A DNA stretch of 63,917 bases, the filler included, from Octopus bimaculoides (lineage: Eukaryota), in the NCBI RefSeq assembly GCF_001194135.2. It is 3 parts of 3 records of this genome, joined end to end, with 100 filler letters (N's around TTAATTAATTAA, not from the genome) between each part and the next. Parts side by side here need not be neighbours in the genome. Positions count along the whole stretch, not along the records: positions 21,590 to 38,625 come from NC_068999.1; positions 38,726 to 63,917 come from NC_068981.1; 1 more part is not named here. The stretch is one strand, 5' to 3'. Below are positions 36,600 through 48,583 of this stretch, piece by piece (the first letter of the stretch is position 1; each line of letters opens with the position of its first letter). The notes below the pieces were generated by a model, which had not been told where the DNA came from, made no database searches, and saw nothing but the letters and a program-made list of their open reading frames with translations. Both the position numbers and the translations under genes were made by a program.

Positions 36600-37260
36600 G
36601 CGCGCGCATACAAATTCACTGACACAGAAGACAGAGGAGCATATCGATACGGAATCGTAATATAGACGCATAACACAAACGTAACGCGATTTATGTGGTA
36701 CCGCTTCCGTTAGGTGTTTCGGCCATTATTGCGTTTGGTTACGGCTTCATCTAGGATCGAGAAATTAACTACGAAACAAAAGTTTTGGGGTTGGTTGGTC
36801 AATACGTCAAAATCTGTCTCCACCCGTGTCTGAATTATGCAAACGAATATAAAACATGTCATCGATTCCTTACGTTGATATAATTCAATTTGGACAGGTT
36901 ATATAACTGAAATCTATCAGCCAGCTTTTCGACTCAGTTGAGATGAAAACATCCATTGAATTTCATTTAAAATTCTAGTGAGAAACGTTAACACAAGATG
37001 GTATGTCTGCTAGTATTGTAATTTATTCAGAAAGAGAAGTTGTGACGTTTACTTATACCCTAATGTCACAAGTGACAGTTCTGAAAGCAAATTAGCTATT
37101 AAATAAGAACAGTAATGGCGGCGTCTATTACAACAATGATGGCGTGTAATTCATTAATGGCGGCGTGTTTTTAAGTAAGTGCGTCGTGTCATTCAGTAAA
37201 GGCGTCGTGTATTTCAGCGTGTTGGCAGCTTACCACATACACATACATACATTCTTTTGA
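36600..37260 (+). promoter_or_regulatory. CpG-enriched promoter-like segment
   Basis: Locally more CpG than flanks; ATGGCGGC (YY1-like) at 37115 and 37157 plus ATGGCG at 37139; strong donors ATG|GTATGT (37000) and TAA|GTAAGT (37174). Confidence 0.3.
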
Positions 37261-38134
37261 TTGAAACAGACGACCAATTTATTGAAAACAAAATGATTAT
37301 ACTATTTCTTGTTGACATATCAAAACAATTGTTTCATGTAATGTCACATTAAAACGAGAAGCGGAGAAATACAACGATTTAGCTATCAGATTAGACTTGG
37401 TAAAGCATTTAAAAACGAGGCTTAGTTGATAATAGTAAGTTTCAGCTAATTTGAATAGACAAAATGAATACGTAAAGATATAAGTAACTAAATAAATAAA
37501 ATGGGTGGGATCAGAGCTGTTGGGTTAAGAAGACTGCTTTGCAGGCATGTGGTTCGGGTTCGGTCGCAATGTGCGGTATCTTCAGCCTCAGAGCAACGGA
37601 TGCACTGTGAACGAACATGAATTTGGTAGATAGAAACAGTGTGGACGCCCGTTAAAGCAGAACAAGTAAACACAGAGAAGGGACCCATCATCAGTTATCA
37701 GCTGTGTATCTACTCTCCTCTTCTTTCTCTCTCTCGCTGCTCACACGTGAGTATTGTACATCTTTCTTTTTCCTCACGTGACCATCTTTCTTTTCATGCA
37801 CGGACGTTCAAAAGACTTGACGTTTTATTGCTCTCTCTTCCATCTTTTCTCTTTTCAAAGAAAATATTTCTCCCAGCTTTCACTATTTTTCTCTCGTTCT
37901 AGTCTAACGATCCTCCATGTTTGCTTCCGTTGAGTTTCCTTTTATATCACCGCTGTCCTGTTTTGTTCCCAAAAATCCTTAAATTTTATTTTAGAATTTA
38001 TGGGAGCAACTGTCATCATCATCATCATCATCGTCGTCGTAATTATGGTTTACAACCAGCCTCACCGCTCCATTTGGTCTGTTGACGTCGTGGTCTTTAT
38101 TCATTTCTCTTCCTTGTCGCCTTCTTGAATGCCA

Positions 38135-38625
38135 TCGTCATTATGAACAACAGAAGCGACAACAACAACAAGAACAACAAATGTGATAATAACAACAACA
38201 GTTGACAGTATACCATTAATACCGCCGCCTTCGCCATCACCACCACAATAACCGCCACCATCACAAACACTACCACCATCACCACAATCACCACTAACAT
38301 TACCATCACCACTACAGCCACCACTAACACCACCACCACCACAATCACCACCACCACCACCACCACCACCACAACCACCACTAACACCACCACTACCACC
38401 ACTACCACCACTACCACAGCCATCACAAACACCACCACTAACACCACCACCACCACTACCACAGCCATCACAAACACCAGCACTAACACCAATAACATCC
38501 CCAACACCACAACCACCACCACAACCACCACTAACACCACCACCACTACCACCACAACTACCACCAACATCACCACCACCACCACCACCACCTCAACCAC
38601 AACCACCACCACCACCACCTCAACC
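38135..38625. repeat. Cryptic (CAC/ACC/AAC)n microsatellite
   Basis: About 490 nt of degenerate trinucleotide repeat running into a gap. Confidence 0.9.
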
Positions 38626-38725
38626 NNNNNNNNNNNNNNNNNNNNNNNNNNNNNNNNNNNNNNNNNNNNTTAATTAATTAANNNNNNNNNNNNNNNNNNN
38701 NNNNNNNNNNNNNNNNNNNNNNNNN
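38626..38725. other. Artificial scaffold-join spacer (44 N + TTAATTAATTAA + 44 N)
   Basis: 12-mer at 38670-38681; same construct as 21490-21589. Confidence 0.95.
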
Positions 38726-38786
<61 letters not shown>

Positions 38787-39165
38787 TACATGCATACATA
38801 TATACATACACTATTAATAATAGTAATGTAGCGAGAGTGGGGTTGTGGGTGAATATGTATGTATGTGTGTATGCGTGTGTGTATGTGTGTATGTGTGTAT
38901 GTGTGTATGTGTGTATGTAGATGTTCGATAAGTACTCTTACTGTTTTGGTATCGTTATAGCAGAGGGCAGAGGTATTTTCAGATGAAAGTAATTCAGAAT
39001 TTCAGCTAAAGAAACCGATGGCATCAAATAACCGTTTATATACACTTACACAGATACGTGCGTGGGAGCATGCACACGCAAACACACACACACACACTCA
39101 CATACACACACACACACAAACATATATTCACACGCAGGCATGCATACGTACTCACACACACATAC

Positions 39166-39196
<31 letters not shown>

Positions 39197-39291
39197 CATA
39201 TATATATATGTATACATATTTATACATACTTTGCATGTATAGTACATATATAGAAATATTACATGTATATACACATTGCATTTATTCACAG

Positions 39292-39540
39292 GAAGAATTT
39301 GGTCGCAATCTATCTGTATTAGAAGAAAGCCTTCGAACTGACACTATTAGACGTGTTAAACTTCCAGAGACCATATTGAAAACTGTAGACAACTTGGCTT
39401 CATCCTGTGTTGCCATTCTGAAGTCACATACAGGGAGTGATTCTATCGTCTCTGATTGGATAACATATTGCAGATGTGTTCGTCAAAGAGGCATTCTCTG
39501 TAACGGTGCATATACTTGCAGGGAACACCTTATGATTTTG
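39292..39540 (+). CDS. Candidate orphan coding exon (83 codons, phase 0-0), product unknown
   Basis: ttgcatttattcacag|GAA GAA TTT ... ATT TTG|GTAAAA; only one frame open: EEFGRNLSVLEESLRTDTIRRVKLPETILKTVDNLASSCVAILKSHTGSDSIVSDWITYCRCVRQRGILCNGAYTCREHLMIL; non-repetitive; family not recognised. Confidence 0.35.
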
Positions 39541-41379
39541 GTAAAATAAATCTAAAAGTCACGATATTAACTCACAGCAGACAGAAATACTAACTCGACA
39601 TCTAAAATATCTTTTGACTGTCTGAAGATATTTGGCAAAAATATGAAAAATATTTTCTAACAATCTCTAAGGATGTAGGGGTGGAATATGGATAAATGAC
39701 CTACATGATGGTAAAACCAGGAAATCCTATAAACCAGTTCATTAAGGGGTTCTCAGCCGAGGTCCATATGAGCCTTAGGGGTCAACGTAATATTTTGCTG
39801 TTAAAGTTTATCTGCAACATATTGGTGATATTTCTACAATTCACAAAATATTTTAACAACTTTTTTAAATACAATTTCTTATAACATTTAATTATAAAAA
39901 TATGATAGAATTTTTTAATCATTGAATGGTTATGAGAGTCCATTAGTGCAAAATAGTAATAAAAAGGGTCGACTGATCTGGGCGATATCTGGGCTATTGA
40001 TGTTAAACTTGAAGATTTCAGACATGTCCGCATCAACAAGGATAGAGACTACCCATATTTGAATTAAAAGGAGGCCAAAGATTAACATCAGTAGCGTAGC
40101 CAGGGACAACCCTCAACTATGTCACACTCTCCCCTTGGTACCCAAGGCCATACAGGCTTACATAGCTGACTCCAAACTGCTTCCCCCTAAAAAGCGTTAC
40201 CCGTGACGGACCATCCCCTCATCCCTCCCCCTAGTTATGTTTTTAGTTAGCACCAATTCGACTGGTTTTGAATGTCACATCATACTGTTTAACTGCATCT
40301 GTTAAGCACCAAGTGTCGAAATGTGTCCATACTTCAAGTAATTATACGTGAGACAAATGGAATTGTGAGAGTTAGAAAGGAGTTTGTTGGATAAAATCTT
40401 TTAGCAGTTCATTTGCTGTCGTTTTGACGGGTAAACTTTTGCGATACAGTAACTGGAAATACTCACAAAATATTCGATTGCACAAAAGTGTATACCTATG
40501 AGAAACAGAAACGGTATTGACTCTGTGGAATTCAGCGCTGATGATGTCATCCATGTTATAAACATAATTGAAAATATCAAATACATTAATATATAGTTGT
40601 ATGGTATGATTTCCTGGTCAAAATATTGTGGAATATAATCACGAAGATAAAATTATGAAATGTTACTGTAATATATAAGTGGTGCATTCATCTGTAATGC
40701 AACGCATCCGCAAATAATTTGTTTGTTGATTCCTATAAACAAGAGCTCATGCCTTTGTTAAATTCATTGGTCTGGGGTCACTTTGACTGAGAAGAGATAC
40801 AAAATGCTGAAACCGTGGTGTCTCAAAGTCCCCTTACATCGGTGAATCACATGTATCATGAATGCATGCGATTCACTAAAAGGTATTGTGCTCTGATGAA
40901 GGAAAACAACAGCGATTAGCATATTCCTGTTCAAATCAGCCAGAATATATTCAGAATTAATGGATACATTATTTTTGGGATTCTTGATCTTCTACGTGCA
41001 CCACATGAATTAGCATCAGTTTAATAGGCATCTGCACACATGTATGCATGCATGTATATATGTATGTATGAATGTATGTGTGTATGTATGTATGTATGTA
41101 TGCATGAATGTATGTCTGTCTGTCTGTATGTATGTATGCATGTATGTATGTAAGCATGTATGTATGTATGTATGTATGTATGCATGAATGTATGTATGTC
41201 TGTCTGTATGTATGTATGTATGTATGCATGCATGTATGTACGTATGTATATATATATGTGTGTGTACGTATGTGTGTATGTATGAATGAATGTATGTATG
41301 TATGCATGCATGTATGTATGTATGTATATATATATGTGTGTGTGTGTATTTATATATATATATATAAAACATATATATA

Positions 41380-41435
<56 letters not shown>

Positions 41436-41756
41436 CACACATATATATACATATATACATATATACATATATATACATATGTATGTATATGTGTATGTAT
41501 GTATGTATGTATGTATGTGTCTGTATGTATGTATGTATGCATGTATATGTGCATATGTATGTATGTGTGTATGTATATATTAGCATGTTTGCTTTCTCAC
41601 GTGAATTTTGGTAGAAGTATCAATGAAGCAGATTTCTTTAAGAAATAATTTGCATCGATTGACTTTTTCGTATTGATTTGATTAACATTTAACAGAAACA
41701 ATAAAAAAAAAAGAAAGAAAGAAAGAGAGAGAGAGAAAAGAAAGAGAGAGAGAGAG

Positions 41757-41819
<63 letters not shown>

Positions 41820-43899
41820 AGGAAAGAAAGAAAGAAAGAAAGAAAGAAAGTGGAGTTCAATCAATTAGGAATCTTGCGATCAATGTTTTTGTTTTTTTAC
41901 CTTTAAAATCGACAAAAATGATGAAAAGAAATCGTATGTTACATCGTATTAAAGTTCTTTGAAGTCGGAAGAGAAAAGTAAACAATTATGTTGCTGGAAT
42001 GGGTGAGATATTTAATCCTTCAAAAGAAGAATTGATTCACATTTGGTAAATAATTGGTTTGGAACAAGGAGGTTTTGTTAGATTCAGAGAAATCCTCTTA
42101 GATCTGAAGTTCTGTTGGGCTGCAACATTATTCTTTTATCGTATTATGTAACTATTGTCCGGATGCGAATGGCAGCGACATTAATCGCTGGTCAGTTGTT
42201 TGTGCTTTTATCTCTCATCTTATATTTTAATGCTTGTTTCAGTCATTGGACTGCGACCATGCTGGGGCATCATGTTCAAGAGTTTAATCCTCCAGTGCTT
42301 TGCAACCTTTTTTCACTGGTGTTACACTTATATTCTTTCCAAAATTCGGCAGCACATCTGAACTAGAAATATAACTAAAAGTATAGGGGAAAGAAATATT
42401 TTCAAGTTATACTTGAAAGAAGCTGTGTAGGGGAAGACTTTAAATCATGATGTTAACTACCAGTTAAAGGAGCAAGATGCTAAGAAACCTATGATGTTAA
42501 TTCCCCTACCCAGCCTTCTTTTTATAGACAGTTACTCTATATCCAACTGACTACTCCTAACGTGTTTTTTCCTCCCTGAGGAAAAGGGATACATATGACA
42601 ATATTTATGACCACACCTAGCCATGAGCTGTCAACTCACTTTTGTTGTTTATTCAAAACAGACACAGTCTTCTAGTCTTAGATTTAGTAGTTGATAAAGA
42701 GATAAATGAATTAAAATCCTTTACAACGCTATGACCCCAATGGGCTTCATGCGATTCTTGGAAGTGTAGTCTATTCTTATCTACAAAAGCGACAACATGG
42801 ATTTCTTCCATCTTCTTGCTCTGTTAAAGTATTTGAGAAAAATTATGTCACTGTGTCCGACTGGTTAAAATTCTATTTATTTATTTGTGCAACTGAGGAT
42901 AGCCCTGTATTTCAATTCATGTAATGATTGCATTGTTCAATAAAATGGAGCCGCTTGAAACGGTCATACTGCATAACTACTTGATACCCTGTTGCTTATT
43001 TTGATCTTATATATATACTCGATGGGCTTCCACACAGTTTCCGTCCACCAAATTCACTCACAAGTCATAGGTTGGTCCAGGGCTTTTGAAGAAAACATTT
43101 GCCCAATGTGCCGCATATAGTGGGACCGAAACCGAAACACTGAGGCTGCAAAGCGAACTCCTTCACCACAGTCATTTCGGCAGATTTTCGTTGCTTCTTC
43201 TCGACAGTCTTTCGTGTTTATGGAAACGTGTGTGTGTGTGTGTGTTTGTGTGTGTGTGTATGTGTGTGATATAAATGGCATTCAAGTATCTTCTCAAGCC
43301 GTTTTATTGAATTGCACCTCTATCAATACATCACGCGGTTGTTACACAATTGATAAAAGCGAACAATTCTTCTTTTTCTTAACAAATAATATTTGATATA
43401 ATTCATTTCTTTATATATTTATTTATGTATCTCATTGACTTTTACATTCATTCATTCGTTTAGTTAGCCACTCATAAATTCTCATGTTCCATAGTAATGT
43501 TGACGATAAAGATTTGTAGAAAATATTTTTATAGTGCAAACAAAAGATAAAGGCAGTTTAAACTGGCAATGTGAACAGACAGCTACAAATAAAAGCTCAT
43601 TGAAGTCAATGATCCAAGCAATAAATGTTGTTTACTCTCACATTTTATACATTTATTTCCATGTCAGAGTACAGAGAGGTTTTTAAGTTCCTTTGATGCT
43701 ATTTACTGGCTTTCTTTGTCAAAAACGTCCAACTCATGCTGTTATCTTGTGGCCTTTTGGAGACGTCGTGTCTACCGAGATGCTTAGCATGCAGTTTAGT
43801 GTTCTGAAAAAATAAATGAAAGTAAATTACGATACAAACCGGAAGTGCAACTACAGGAATGACATAATTTTGTTGTATTCATTTAACACGAAACGATAA

Positions 43900-44800
43900 G
43901 AGAATAAAGTTCAAGCTCAACAGATCTCCAGATCTAAGAGGATTTTTCTAATACTAAATAAACATCCTTGTTCCAAACCAATTATTTACCAAATTTGAAC
44001 CAATTCTTGTTTACGAGGATTAAATATCTTACCCACTCCTGTAACATATTTGTTTGCATATTCAACGTACGTATAACATTTTCACAACCTCTGAACCTAT
44101 TTTGCTCTTATAAATACGTTGTTAATAAAGCATCACTCGTTCCACATTCTCTTCTGAAATTCTTACTGGTCAGTATCCATGCTTTTCGATATTCTGTGAA
44201 TGGAAGTCATAGTGGGGTTTTGAAAGCGAATCCCTGGATACACAATCAGACATCATGAACAAACCACCATAGTTTCCCGTGATCAGTTTATTAAACAACC
44301 AATCAGCATTAAGCCATCGCATGATGGCTTCTAGAATCTTCATTTTATATCCTATAAAAGGCCACTTTTGCCGGTAATTAATTGCGGCATGTTGAGGCTA
44401 CTGAATGAGACGTGTCTCCATTCTTGACACACCAGACGGCTCAGACTGATGACCAAGAACTTCCATCGCCATGAATATAGCACAATTGTTTCCAGTTATT
44501 TTGAGCAAGTCACATGTTGCTGGATCAGTTGGTTTACCATAGACTCCAAGCAGTGTCTCTCTCCCAGTATGTAATAGTTGTTGTTATCTGTAAAAGGCCA
44601 ATGCAGTTTGCATTTTTATATGCAATAATAAAATCTTCTGTTAAATGCTCGTTGGTGTTGTTCAGGTACTCCTACACGCAGCTCAACAAACATTTTTATT
44701 CACCATCACAAACCAACAACACTGTCATCATTTGGTCAGCAAGCTTTAAAGAATGGCCCACAATTTCACCACTATATATTTGACCTAAACTAATATAAGA
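43900..44800 (-). pseudogene. Decayed coding-like segment of unknown origin
   Basis: Long protein-like frame with scattered stops: QLLHTGRETLLGVYGKPTDPATCDLLKITGNNCAIFMAMEVLGHQ...LIQ*PQHAAINYRQKWPFIGYKMKILEAIMRWLNADWLFNKLITGNYGGLFMMSDCVSRDSLSKPHYDFHSQNIEKHGY*PVRI. Confidence 0.3.
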
Positions 44801-44924
44801 AACCTAACCGATCGGATATCAAATGCATCCCAGGTGATATCCATTGCGTCATAATAGACCAAAATACTTCGCACATACGATCGGGGATCTTAATCAAGCT
44901 ACATTTTCCTGCGCCCCTTTCTTT

Positions 44925-45127
44925 TTCTACTCTAGGCACAAGGCCCGAAATTTTGGAGGAGGGGGTCAGTCGATTACATCGACTCCAGTACGCAACTGGT
45001 ACTTAATTTATTGACCCGAAAAGATGAAAGGCAAAGTCGACCTCGGCGGAATTTGAACTCAGAACATAAAGACAGATGAAATAAGCATTTCGCCTGGCAC
45101 ACTAACGTTTCTCCCAGTTTGCTGCCT
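44925..45127 (-). mobile_element. SINE family A
   Basis: gaaaggcaaagtcgacctcggcggaatttgaactcagaac, the reverse complement of the family A core. Confidence 0.85.
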
Positions 45128-45656
45128 TTCTACTGCAACAAACATCCAATTCCCTTTATGCTGTTTACCCTTGGGATATTTTCAATGCAAATATTTATGA
45201 AATTATTGAATTTCACTATCGTCATTTCTGGTACAATTTACTTTTAATTTTACAAGACAAAACTGGGTACAACCTATTTTCTTTTTACCATTGAAAACAG
45301 TTGGATTTGTTTAAACAAGTCCTACTTTTTTGTAGTACCAGACTTTGGATTTCTTGTATACTGGGTATTTTTCCCATAGGTGTAGATTTTCAAAGATTAT
45401 TAATTGAACAGAATTGAAATTTTAATTCAGTGGAAAGGGAAGANNNNNNNNNNNNNNNNNNNNNNNNNNNNNNNNNNNNNNNNNNNNNNNNNNNNNNNNN
45501 NNNNNNNNNNNNNNNNNNNNNNNNNNNNNNNNNNNNNNNNNNNNNNNNNNNNNNNNNNNNNNNNNNNNCTGTCTGAGAAGTGGGATGTTGTCGCCATCGA
45601 AATAAAATAATTAGCATAGTTCAATGTCCTGACAGATTATTTTGAGATAAGACAGT

Positions 45657-45701
<45 letters not shown>

Positions 45702-45812
45702 ATACACATACACACATGTGTGGATTTGTGGAGGTATACATGTATATAAACAACAATTACCAAAGTATATACAAACTGGTAAATGCTATCTTTATGTATA
45801 CAGACACACTCA

Positions 45813-45848
<36 letters not shown>

Positions 45849-46671
45849 TATACACGCACACATACATATACACGCACACACACACACGCACGCACCAACG
45901 CGCACACAATACACACATATATATATACAAATTTAAAGGCAACACCATTCTGATGACTAAAATCTTCTCTATTTCTCAGTAGTTCTCAACCATTTTTTAA
46001 AAATCTCTGGACCCCTTTTATTCCTATTTCACCCCCCCACTGGACCCATTCAATGTTTATAAAAAAATATTCTATTNNNNNNNNNNNNNNNNNNNNNNNN
46101 NNNNNNNNNNNNNNNNNNNNNNNNNNNNNNNNNNNNNNNNNNNNNNNNNNNNNNNNNNNNNNNNNNNNNNNNNNNNNNNNNNNNNNNNNNNNNNNNNNNN
46201 NNNNNNNNNNNNNNNNNNNNNNNNNNNNNNNNNNNNNNNNNNNNNNNNNNNNNNNNNNNNNNNNNNNNNNNNNNNNNNNNNNNNNNNNNNNNNNNNNNNN
46301 NNNNNNNNNNNNNNNNNNNNNNNNNNNNNNNNNNNNNNNNNNNNNNNNNNNNNNNNNNNNNNNNNNNNNNNNNNNNNNNNNNNNNNNNNNNNNNNNNNNN
46401 NNNNNNNNNNNNNNNNNNNNNNNNNNNNNNNNNNNNNNNNNNNNNNNNNNNNNNNNNNNNNNNNNNNNNNNNNNNNNNNNNNNNNNNNNNNNNNNNNNNN
46501 NNNNNNNNNNNNNNNNNNNNNNNNNNNNNNNNNNNNNNNNNNNNNNNNNNNNNNNNNNNNNNNCAGAACGTAAAGACAGACGAAATACCTCTAAGCATTT
46601 CACCCGGCGTGCTAACGTTTCTGCCAGCTTGCTGCTTTGGAGACTGTATTTGTATTAAGTATGACAGAGGT

Positions 46672-46835
46672 GCAGGTGTGACTGTGTGGTAAGAAGTTTG
46701 CTTCCCAACCATATGGTTTCGGATTCAGTCCCAATGCGTGGCACCTTCAGCAAGTGTTTTCTACTATGACCTCAAACTGACAAAAGATTTGTGAGTGGAT
46801 TTGGTAGAAGGACACTCAAAGAAGCTCATCATATA
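46672..46835 (+). mobile_element. tRNA-derived SINE family B
   Basis: gcaggtgtgactgtgtggtaagaagtttgcttcccaacc..ggtttcggattcagtccc..gtggcacctt..caagtg..gtgagtggatttggtag; ends in (TATG)n. Confidence 0.85.
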
Positions 46836-47266
46836 TGTATGTGTGTATGTATGTATGTATGTATGTATGCATGTATGTATGTATGTATTTATATGTGTAG
46901 ATCTGTATGTTTTGTTTTATGTATGCTCATGCACAGAGTTGCATATCTAGACATGCTCATATATATGTAGATGATGAACTTCTGGAAATTTTTACATATG
47001 GATGGATGGATGGATGGACGGATGGATTTCAAGTTGCTCTTGAGTGCTACTGGCAACATGTAACTCAGTACAATCTGTTACATGGTCAGATTGTCATCCA
47101 CTAAACTGGCAACACCACTGAGCTTGCTTGATGAGGAGGGTGACTGTTGGACACTTTGCGGTTTGAAAAGTAAGACCCATCAAAGGGCAGGGGACTTATG
47201 GTTAGCCAACGGCCATCCAACAAATACATGTTAATATGTATATATCGTTTTATATATTCTCATACG

Positions 47267-47316
<50 letters not shown>

Positions 47317-48231
47317 TATATATATGCACACACATATATATATATACACACGCATATATATATGCACACACATATATATATATATACACACACATATATA
47401 TGGTGGTTGTCTACTCCTTACACAGAGTTTGACCACCTCCTGCACCTACACCTTAGCCCCTTCATGGCGTCTGATGTGGCTTTTTAAACCAGACAATGTT
47501 CTGANNNNNNNNNNNNNNNNNNNNNNNNNNNNNNNNNNNNNNNNNNNNNNNNNNNNNNNNNNNNNNNNNNNNNNNNNNNNNNNNNNNNNNNNNNNNNNNN
47601 NNNNNNNNNNNNNNNNNNNNNNNNNNNNNNNNNNNNNNNNNNNNNNNNNNNNNNNNNNNNNNNNNNNNNNNNNNNNNNNNNNNNNNNNNNNNNNNNNNNN
47701 NNNNNNNNNNNNNNNNNNNNNNNNNNNNNNNNNNNNNNNNNNNNNNNNNNNNNNNNNNNNNNNNNNNNNNNNNNNNNNNNNNNNNNNNNNNNNNNNNNNN
47801 NNNNNNNNNNNNNNNNNNNNNNNNNNNNNNNNNNNNNNNNNNNNNNNNNNNNNNNNNNNNNNNNNNNNNNNNNNNNNNNNNNNNNNNNNNNNNNNNNNNN
47901 NNNNNNNNCATACTTACCTACACACACACTTATATACACCCAGAAGCGTAGCTAAGAGGGGAGCAAGGGAAGCGATGCTACCGTCCTGAGCACATTTTCC
48001 AAAACTGACTCCTTTTCAGCAACTTTTTAAAAACTCTTCCCTTTCTTACATCACAAGTCGTAAATTTCATACACGGTGACTTCGTTACTGAAACATGAAA
48101 TTAATGGAAGTAGAATACAGTTATGTGTCTTACATCCAATGAAATATTTCGCCTATTTTATAAGAGAAATGAGTTTAAAATTGTTTGGTATGTGTCACGG
48201 CGCCTTTTTTCTGTTATTTTTTGTTCTTTTA

Positions 48232-48420
48232 TTTGTTTCAGTCATTTGACTGGCCATGCTGGAGCACTGCCTTTAGTTGAGCAAATCGACCCCAGGACTT
48301 ATTCTTTCTAAGCCTGGTACTTATTTTATCAGTCTGTTTTGCCTAACTGCTAAGTTACAGGGACGTAAACACACTAGCATCGGTTGTCAAACGATGTTGT
48401 GGGGAACAAACACACACACA
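48232..48420 (+). mobile_element. SINE-like family D
   Basis: tttcagtcatttgactggccatgctggagcactgcctttagttgagcaaatcgaccccaggactta...; further copies at ~57000-57165 (+), ~53735-53945 (-), ~48600-48815 (-), ~2575-2665 (+). Confidence 0.8.
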
Positions 48421-48434
48421 AATATATATGCACA

Positions 48435-48583
48435 ACGGGCTTCTTTCAGTTTCCATCTATGCTATCCACTCACAAGGCTTTGGTCGGCCCGAGGCTATAG
48501 TAGAAGACACTTGCCCAAGGTGCCACGCAGTAAGACTGAACCCGGAACCATGTGATTGGTAAGCAAGCTACTTACCACTCCTG
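48435..48583 (-). mobile_element. SINE family B
   Basis: Reverse complement of the family B head and body; further fragments at ~43020-43170 and ~56845-56975. Confidence 0.8.

Noticed and set aside
38097-38618. Val-rich (minus) or Thr-rich mucin-like (plus) ORF
   Set aside because: Cryptic (CAC)n microsatellite ending at an artificial join; I found no supporting splice context or non-repetitive domain.
40372-40586. Two ~60-aa minus-strand ORFs, one hydrophobic and GPCR-like
   Set aside because: Short, bounded by stops, with no convincing splice sites or recognisable motif.
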